From assembly GCA_033763315.1 (NCBI GenBank), contig JANRKS010000009.1, positions 192,001 to 256,000 on the forward strand: DNA of 64,000 nucleotides, in the 5' to 3' direction. This document shows, one piece after another, positions 57,719 to 64,000 of this stretch (positions are counted from its first letter, which is position 1; every line of letters begins with the position of its first letter). This stretch comes from Deltaproteobacteria bacterium. Lineage in GTDB: Bacteria > Myxococcota_A > Polyangia > Fen-1088. A model generated the notes under the pieces. That model saw only the letters and a list, made by a program, of their open reading frames with translations. It made no database searches and was not told where the DNA came from. Both the position numbers and the translations under genes were made by a program.

Positions 57719-58831
57719 ATGGCGCGCCGACGGCACGACGACGGATCAACGCAACACACGACGGATGAAGGGGCACCGGCTGCCAAACCCGCCGCGGCCC
57801 CGCGTGTGATCTCGCCTGAAAGCAACGAATCGTCGGATGTTGAAATCAAGGACGAACTGGTCCTGCGGCCGCGCACCTTCGATGATTTCATTGGCCAGCG
57901 CAAAGTGGCGGAGAACCTGCAGGTCTACGTCAAAGCCGCCAAACAACGCGCTGACGTGTTGGATCACGTCTTGTTGTCGGGCCCGCCCGGCTTGGGCAAA
58001 ACCACGTTGGCCCACGTCATCGCGCAAGAGATGGGCACCGAAGCGCGCGTGACCTCGGGACCTTCGTTGGAACGCAAGGGCGATCTGGCCGGCATCCTCA
58101 CATCGCTTGCACGGGGCGATGTGTTGTTCATCGATGAGATCCACCGCCTTTCCCCTGTGATCGAGGAAAGCCTTTATCCCGCGATGGAGGATTTCAAGAT
58201 CGAGATCGTCACGGGTACGGGCGCGGGCGCCAGTGCCATCACCGTGCCGATCGAGCGTTTCACGTTGGTGGGTGCCACCACGCGCACCGGGCAACTCACC
58301 TCGCCGCTGCTGTCGCGGTTCGGCATCGTCGAGCGCTTCAGCTACTACGGCGCCGAAGAGTTAACCGCGATCGTGAAACGCTCGGCGCACATCTTGGGCA
58401 TCGCCATCGACGACGGGGGCGCCAATGAATTGGGCCGGCGGGCGCGTGGCACGCCTCGCATCGTGAACCGTCTGCTTCACCGCGTGCGTGACTTTGCGCA
58501 GGTGCGCGGTGACGGGCACATCACGGCGGAAGCTGCCGACTATGCGCTAAACCGCCTGGAGATCGATCAGGCGGGCCTCGACGCCGGTGATCGGCGCATG
58601 CTCCACAGCATCATCGAACGCTTTGACGGTGGCCCCGTGGGTGTGGATTCGTTGGCCGCCGCGCTGGCCGAAGATCGCGACACACTTGAGTACGTGTACG
58701 AGCCCTACCTCATCCAAGAAGGGTTTCTCACGCGCACCCGCCAAGGCCGCATGGCCGGCCGGCGCGCGTATGAACACTTGGGTTTGCCGCTGCCAACGAA
58801 GCCCGGCTCACCACAGGGCTCGTTGTTTTAG
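57719..58831 (+). CDS. ruvB: Holliday junction branch migration helicase RuvB
   Basis: [37 protein letters not shown]. Confidence 0.97.
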   Translation: MARRRHDDGSTQHTTDEGAPAAKPAAAPRVISPESNESSDVEIKDELVLRPRTFDDFIGQRKVAENLQVYVKAAKQRADVLDHVLLSGPPGLGKTTLAHVIAQEMGTEARVTSGPSLERKGDLAGILTSLARGDVLFIDEIHRLSPVIEESLYPAMEDFKIEIVTGTGAGASAITVPIERFTLVGATTRTGQLTSPLLSRFGIVERFSYYGAEELTAIVKRSAHILGIAIDDGGANELGRRARGTPRIVNRLLHRVRDFAQVRGDGHITAEAADYALNRLEIDQAGLDAGDRRMLHSIIERFDGGPVGVDSLAAALAEDRDTLEYVYEPYLIQEGFLTRTRQGRMAGRRAYEHLGLPLPTKPGSPQGSLF

Positions 58832-58850
58832 CGGCCGCGAACTGGAAGAC

Positions 58851-59495
58851 CTAGTTCGCCTTCGCGGCGATGACAGCCTTCACATACTCCTGAAGACAAG
58901 TTTTGTCGCCGTCAGTCAACATTGTCTTGTCGCTGAAAGGCATCTTCGCGCCGCCATCACTGCCGTCAGTGCACTTCGGTGTGTCGCCAAGCTTTGTCAG
59001 CATCATGCTCTTGGCGCTGTCGCCAGAATCGATCAGTTTGTCTGACGTGCAAACGCCCACGCCCGGTTTATCGAAGAGACGTTCGTACATGTTTGCCGTC
59101 TTGAGCTCAGGAGGAAACTTTGCACCGCTGGTCCCGTGGCATCCACTTGGGTCCCCGCACTTCACCTTGATCAGCTTCGTTTCAACCTCGCCAATCGTTG
59201 GGTAGTCACCGCAGTTTTCAACGGTCTTGCCCAAGACATCTCCGCCACTTGCACCACCCCCGCCGCTTCCCCCGCCGCTTGAGCCACCACCGCCACCGCC
59301 GCCACCGCCGCCCGCGTTTTCGCAATCGCCGGTGCAATCACCTGGTGGAATGCACGCCGCCACAGCCAACGCCGTGGCCAAGACGGCCGCACCGCATAGG
59401 CCCCACTTCGAGGCCGATGTGAGGCGGTTGGCGCAAAGGGCGCGCTCGATAGCTTTTTGCACGCGAGCGAGTTTTGGGATGCCAGGGAACTTCAT
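58851..59495 (-). CDS. Gly-linker lipoprotein with CX5CH motif (possible atypical c-type cytochrome domain)
   Basis: Lipobox VAAC; KCGDPSGCH; S.ML.KL..G.KMP; GGAGG RBS. Confidence 0.65.
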   Translation of the reverse strand: MKFPGIPKLARVQKAIERALCANRLTSASKWGLCGAAVLATALAVAACIPPGDCTGDCENAGGGGGGGGGGSSGGGSGGGGASGGDVLGKTVENCGDYPTIGEVETKLIKVKCGDPSGCHGTSGAKFPPELKTANMYERLFDKPGVGVCTSDKLIDSGDSAKSMMLTKLGDTPKCTDGSDGGAKMPFSDKTMLTDGDKTCLQEYVKAVIAAKAN

Positions 59496-59579
59496 ATGGC
59501 CGTCGCCTCCGGAGGGGAAATGTGGATGCCGGGCTGTGCGGGTATCGCGGGTTTGATACTAGCCGCGCCTCAACGCCGC

Positions 59580-59595
59580 CGCAACGGATTTGCCA
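59580..59595 (-). promoter_or_regulatory. Putative sigma-54 promoter
   Basis: Minus strand TGGCAAATCCGTTGCG, GG-N10-GC, 85 bp upstream of the lipoprotein start. Confidence 0.55.
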
Positions 59596-59657
59596 AGGCC
59601 CCCGCTGGCCGAACATCAATGTTTCTGCGCGTTTCTGTGTCGCGGAGGCCGCCGTCC

Positions 59658-60590
59658 CTATTTGGTCACACTGGCAATCGCCAAGTCGGCCGTAAACACC
59701 CGCCGCGCGGGACCCCGCATACGCACGCCCACGGGGCGCCGGCTGGCGTCACCCTCGGAGGGCTCGCTGCCCGTGTCGACGTTGATATAGAGGGTGCCGC
59801 CCAGCAGGTGAACGGGTGTTTCCTTGTTGCCTGGCAACCGACCCTCTAGATACGCGGCCACCACTGTGGCGCACGCGCCGGTGCCGCACGCCAAGGTGAT
59901 GCCGCAACCACGCTCCCACACCACCAGATCGATCTCGCTGCCGCGCACGCGGGCGAACTCGACGTTTGTGCGCTTAGGGAACAATGGCGCGTTTTCGATG
60001 CGGGGCCCGAACGTGGTGGCCAACTGACGCAAGTCCACCGCGGGATCGTCTACGAAGATCACCACGTGGGGGTTGCCCATCGAGACAGCTGTGAACACAA
60101 AATCGTTGTCTGAGATCGACATGCGGGTTCGCACCGCCACATCGCCCGGCTCGCCGCCCATCGGGATTTCCGCCCGGGTCAAACGTGGGCGCCCCATTTG
60201 CACGGCAACGGTTGCCACCTGTTGATCGTTGGCGTCTACGGCGCACTCAAGCAGGCCGGCGCCCGTGTCAATCCGAATCACCGGCTTGCGCAGATCCGCA
60301 TCGTCTTCGAAGAGCACCTTCGCCACGCAACGAATGCCATTGCCGCACATCTCCGCTTCACTGCCATCGGCGTTCAGCACGCGCATGCGCGCGTCGCCCT
60401 CAACGCCAGGCAAGATGGCCAAGATCCCATCAGCACCCACGCCGAAATGGCGATCACAAACATCGCGCACCACCTGAGGCGTTTGCAAAAGCTCTTTGGC
60501 TTCAAAAGCCGCGCGGCCGGGTCTCAGATCCACCACCACGAAATCGTTCCCCAATCCCTCGACCTTGCTGAACGGAACGGTCTTCGACAT
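59658..60590 (-). CDS. dapF: Diaminopimelate epimerase
   Basis: GLGNDF, GVGADG, NADGS.AEMCGNG.RC, SMGNPH, NVEF, ERG.G.T.ACGTG. Confidence 0.96.
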   Translation of the reverse strand: MSKTVPFSKVEGLGNDFVVVDLRPGRAAFEAKELLQTPQVVRDVCDRHFGVGADGILAILPGVEGDARMRVLNADGSEAEMCGNGIRCVAKVLFEDDADLRKPVIRIDTGAGLLECAVDANDQQVATVAVQMGRPRLTRAEIPMGGEPGDVAVRTRMSISDNDFVFTAVSMGNPHVVIFVDDPAVDLRQLATTFGPRIENAPLFPKRTNVEFARVRGSEIDLVVWERGCGITLACGTGACATVVAAYLEGRLPGNKETPVHLLGGTLYINVDTGSEPSEGDASRRPVGVRMRGPARRVFTADLAIASVTK

Positions 60591-60725
60591 GCGCTTTCCT
60601 CAGTATGAATATCAGATGTTGGAGGGTCAGTTTTGTTACCAGCGTTGGGCAAACGCCGGCGCGTTGGCCAAACACTTAGCACTTCACCACAAACGTCAGT
60701 GAGCCAAAACACCACAGGGAGCGCC

Positions 60726-60763
60726 AAAAATAAACGGCCGGCAACCCGAAGGTGGCCGACCGT
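60726..60763 (-). terminator. Rho-independent terminator after secG
   Basis: Minus strand ACGGTCGGCCACC-TTCG-GGTTGCCGGCCGT then TTATTTTT. Confidence 0.75.
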
Positions 60764-60786
60764 AGATTGCGACGCTGAAGGGATCG

Positions 60787-61392
60787 TTACGGTGTCGCCG
60801 GAGCGGCAGGCGCCTCCGGAGCGGCAGGCGCGGGGGCCTCCACTGGCGCCGCAGGAGCCGGCTTCTTCGCCGCCGCAGGAGCGGGCGCAGGAACAGCGGC
60901 AGGCGCTGAAGGCGCGGGCTTCGCTGATTCAGGCGCGGCTGGTGCTGATGCGCCAGGAGCTGCAGCTGGCTCGGCCGCAGGCGCGCTGGCGCCGGGCGCG
61001 GCGGGCACGCTGGCTGGTGCCGGTTCCGAAACGGGTGCCGTGCCTTTGTCTGCCGAATCGCGGGCTTTCTCAAGGTCCTTCAGGATCTTCGCCTTGGTGG
61101 CTTCTTCAGATTCCTTGGCCTTTTGTTTTTCAGCCGCCAACGCGCGCAAACGCGGTGAATCACGCTGCGTGGATAGGTAGGCCAACGCCAGTGAGTTCAG
61201 GATGAACAGCGTGGCGACGACGGCCGTGGTGCGCGACAAGAAATTGCCCGCCCCCGACCCGCCAAACACGGATTGACTGGTGGCGCCGCCAAACCCAATG
61301 CCCATGCCGCCGCCTTTTCCGGCTTGCAGCAAAACAACCAGGATGAGGAACAAGCAAACGAAGACGTGAAGAATCGTTAGGACCGTGAACAT
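60787..61392 (-). CDS. secG: Preprotein translocase subunit SecG with long Pro/Ala tail
   Basis: VLLQ.GKG..FGG..S.FG..FL.R.T; canonical position after tpiA. Confidence 0.92.
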   Translation of the reverse strand: MFTVLTILHVFVCLFLILVVLLQAGKGGGMGIGFGGATSQSVFGGSGAGNFLSRTTAVVATLFILNSLALAYLSTQRDSPRLRALAAEKQKAKESEEATKAKILKDLEKARDSADKGTAPVSEPAPASVPAAPGASAPAAEPAAAPGASAPAAPESAKPAPSAPAAVPAPAPAAAKKPAPAAPVEAPAPAAPEAPAAPATP

Positions 61393-62159
61393 GCCTCTGT
61401 GCCCTTTTTTACCAAGTCAACGAACGAAGCCACGGTCAACGACGCGCCACCAACGAGGGCGCCATTGATTTCTGGCTCGGAAAGCAGGCTCGCCACATTG
61501 TCTGGCTTCACGCTGCCGCCGTACTGGATGCAAAATTGATTCGCTTTGCCGCCGATCAGTGTGGCGATGCGGCTGCGGATGAACGCGTGGACCTCCACCG
61601 CTTGAGCCGGCGTGGCGTTGCGGCCCGTGCCGATCGCCCACACGGGTTCGTAAGCGATCACGCATTTTTGAACGTCGGCCGCGGCAATCTCAGAGAAGGC
61701 CGCGTCCACTTGACGGCCCACCACGTCCAACGTCCTGTTGCCGTCGCGCTCGTCCAGTGTCTCGCCCACGCACACAATGGGGGTCAGCCCTTTGGCCAAG
61801 GCCGCGCGCGTTTTCTTGTTCACCATCAGATCCGTTTCGCCGAAGATCGTCCGGCGTTCAGAGTGGCCCAAGATCACGCAGGAGGCGCCGGCATCGGCGA
61901 TTTGGCCCATCGAGATTTCGCCGGTAAAAGCGCCTTTTTCTTCCCAATATCCATTTTGTGCCGCCACCTTCAGCGAGCTGCCCTTAAGCGCGCCCGTGAT
62001 GGTGGTTAGGGCAACGAAGCTTGGCGACACGCCCACATCAGCGCCGGTGATCCCCGCGACGCCGTCGCGCACGCCCGTGGCCAACGCCACAGATTCGGCC
62101 AAGCTGCCAAACAGCTTCCAGTTACCACAGAAGAAGGGTCGTACGCGGGGTGTGCTCAT
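61377..62159 (-). CDS. tpiA: Triosephosphate isomerase
   Basis: GNWK, GAFTGE, GHSERR, AYEPVWAIGTG, YGGSV, LVGGAS. Confidence 0.97.
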   Translation of the reverse strand: MSTPRVRPFFCGNWKLFGSLAESVALATGVRDGVAGITGADVGVSPSFVALTTITGALKGSSLKVAAQNGYWEEKGAFTGEISMGQIADAGASCVILGHSERRTIFGETDLMVNKKTRAALAKGLTPIVCVGETLDERDGNRTLDVVGRQVDAAFSEIAAADVQKCVIAYEPVWAIGTGRNATPAQAVEVHAFIRSRIATLIGGKANQFCIQYGGSVKPDNVASLLSEPEINGALVGGASLTVASFVDLVKKGTEACSRS

Positions 62160-62321
62160 GAGACAAATTTTCCTTTTCGCTCGCAACGGCGCGGGCGCAC
62201 TAAAACAAGTTCCGAACGCCTAGGTTCGGGCAAACCGGCCGATGTTTAGCGCATATTGGGGCGATGTGCTGCCCCTGTAAAGCATCTTGCGCCGCGGCCA
62301 CTGCCTCTCACCTGGGCGGGC

Positions 62322-63506
62322 TTATTGGTTCAGGGCCTCCAAGCCGGGCAACGTCTTTCCTTCCAAATAGCGAAGGCTGGCCTCGCCGCCCCCCGACAAA
62401 TGCGAAAATTTATCGGCCACGCCCGCTCGGCGAACGGCCGCGCACGAGTCGCTTCCCGAAACCACCGTGAGGGCACCCACCGCTTTCGCCAGGGCCTTGG
62501 CCACGTCATTGGTGCCCTCAGCAAAGGGTGTGTGCTCGAACGCGCCCATAGGACCGCTCCAAAACACGGTGCGCGCGCGGCTCAGATCTTCTGCGTACCG
62601 GCGTCGGGTTTCGGGCCCAATATCAAGCGCCGCCAAATCTTCCGGCACTTCGAGCGCTGGCACCACCTTGCCCGCTTCGCTGCGCAATCCCGCCGCCGCC
62701 ACAAGGTCGCGCGGCAAGATCACGCGTACGCCTTTATCGTCGGCCTTTCGTAGGAACACGCGCGCCGTGGCCAGCTTGTCGTCTTCGCGCATCGAGCGGC
62801 CGAGCTGCCCGCCTTTGGCGCGCAAGAACGTGTTTGCCACAGCGCCGCCCATGTAAATGGCTTCCACATGGTTCAGAATGCCTTCGAGAAAAGGCAACCG
62901 GTCGCTGACCTTGGCGCCACCCACAACGGCGTAATAAGGCTTGTGCGGTTGACCCCGCAACTGGCCGAAGAACGAAAGCTCTCGTTCCAGCGTGTGGCCC
63001 ATGCCGCGCGTCGCGAAGTGTTTCACCATGCCCACCGTTGACGCGTGGGTTTGGTGGCAGGCGCTAAACGCATCATTGATGTAGACGTCTGCGTAACTGG
63101 CGAGCGCGCGTGCGAAGCCTTCATCGTTCGTGGTCTCGCCGGGCACGAAAGCCAAGTTCTCCAACATCGCGACGCTGCCCTCGCGCAGATCAGCGACCAC
63201 CTTCTTGGCGCCGTCACCCGTTGGTTCATCCGTGAGGAGTACGTCGCGCCGGAGCGCGTCCGCCAGATATGCCGCCACGGGCTCCATCGAATAGCGGGAC
63301 TCGTGTCGCCCTTCGGGCCGCCCCAGATGCGAACCCAACACAACCTTGCATCCCAGCTCCAAGCAATGTTTCAGCGTTGGCAGAGCCTGGTCGATGCGGC
63401 TCGGGTCGGCCACGCCGCCCGCGGGGGTGAGGGGGACGTTGAAATCCACCCGCACAAAGACCCGGCGCCCGGCGAGGTCAAGGTCGGAGATTCTGCGGAT
63501 GGGCAT
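62322..63506 (-). CDS. pgk: Phosphoglycerate kinase family protein with divergent active-site motifs
   Basis: RVDFNVP, SHLGRP, GGAKV, LDIGP, GPMG.FE, LEGK.LPG; several conserved residues substituted. Confidence 0.85.
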   Translation of the reverse strand: MPIRRISDLDLAGRRVFVRVDFNVPLTPAGGVADPSRIDQALPTLKHCLELGCKVVLGSHLGRPEGRHESRYSMEPVAAYLADALRRDVLLTDEPTGDGAKKVVADLREGSVAMLENLAFVPGETTNDEGFARALASYADVYINDAFSACHQTHASTVGMVKHFATRGMGHTLERELSFFGQLRGQPHKPYYAVVGGAKVSDRLPFLEGILNHVEAIYMGGAVANTFLRAKGGQLGRSMREDDKLATARVFLRKADDKGVRVILPRDLVAAAGLRSEAGKVVPALEVPEDLAALDIGPETRRRYAEDLSRARTVFWSGPMGAFEHTPFAEGTNDVAKALAKAVGALTVVSGSDSCAAVRRAGVADKFSHLSGGGEASLRYLEGKTLPGLEALNQ

Positions 63507-63554
63507 ATGAAGCCGCCTGTTCTACACGCTGCGGATCAATCCGTCCACGGGCCA

Positions 63555-63627
63555 AAAATGCAAAACCCGAACGGGCACGTTGCACATTCGGGTCAAACAA
63601 AAAACGCGCCCAATAAAGGTGGCGCGC
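63555..63627 (-). terminator. Tandem hairpins with U-tracts after the small ORF
   Basis: CGCGCC..GGCGCG then TTTTTTGTTT on minus strand; second stem ACCCGAA..TTCGGGT then TTTGCATTTTT. Confidence 0.5.
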
Positions 63628-63634
63628 GGAGTGA

Positions 63635-63829
63635 TTAGTCGAGTCGGCTGGTCTCGTCGATGTCCGACGTAACCAAGCTGATGATTTCGCTTGCGAGGGC
63701 TACGATCTGTTTCGGCTCGTAACCGTTTTGACGCATCTCTTTGTAAACAGACTTGGCCAAAATCTTCAGCGCTTTCTGATGATTGGCGGCGCTGTGGTTT
63801 GATTGTGTGGTTGCCAGTGCTTGTGACAT
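63635..63829 (-). CDS. Small helical hypothetical protein (64 aa)
   Basis: GGAGG RBS, upstream sigma-54-like element, downstream terminator; amphipathic helices KILAKSVYKEMRQNGY..QIVALASEII. Confidence 0.75.
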   Translation of the reverse strand: MSQALATTQSNHSAANHQKALKILAKSVYKEMRQNGYEPKQIVALASEIISLVTSDIDETSRLD

Positions 63830-63863
63830 TCAACCCTTCCTCCCAGAAGGCGATTGCGTCTAT

Positions 63864-63879
63864 AGCACGGCTTATGCCA
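63864..63879 (-). promoter_or_regulatory. Putative sigma-54 promoter
   Basis: Minus strand TGGCATAAGCCGTGCT, GG-N10-GC, 35 bp upstream of ATG. Confidence 0.55.
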
Positions 63880-64000
63880 AGGTCAGGAGTTCTTAAGTGT
63901 TTGATTTTGTTGGGGCAATTATAGCCCCGGGGCCTCAAGTGCGCACGCTGCTACGCACTCGCCCAGCGAAGGCGAGCAATCACCCCCGTGACGGTGCGAA

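Noticed and set aside
60591-60786. tRNA-Leu often found after secG
   Set aside because: No cloverleaf or T-loop GTTC motif visible; only a terminator

Overview
GC-rich bacterial window whose gene content points to Myxococcota (inference: many Gly-rich-linker lipoproteins, TolQ+2xTolR aglRQS-like genes, a TIGR02266-like PilZ protein, a DUF1552-like gene). I see about 52 CDS and no rRNA, tRNA, CRISPR array or mobile element. All calls come from reading motifs by eye; no searches were run. The standout is a tightly coupled 11-gene minus-strand operon (10274-23025). It encodes a flagellar-type MotA/MotB stator next to a protein that appears to fuse a signal peptide, periplasmic domain and TM helix to FliG middle and C-terminal rotor domains. 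It also encodes three predicted outer-membrane beta-barrels (two CxxC paralogs), three lipoproteins, a TPR-like protein and a TonB-C/AgmX-like membrane protein. No flagellin, hook, rod or export genes are present, so it is a candidate non-flagellar trans-envelope rotary machine. Other oddities: a pacifastin-like lipoprotein with four different predicted P1 residues, an orphan lipoprotein NuiA, a PGK with degenerate substrate-binding motifs and no adjacent gap, an H+-PPase directly downstream of aglRQS-like genes, and a split, domain-shuffled sarcosine/proline-oxidase-like pair.
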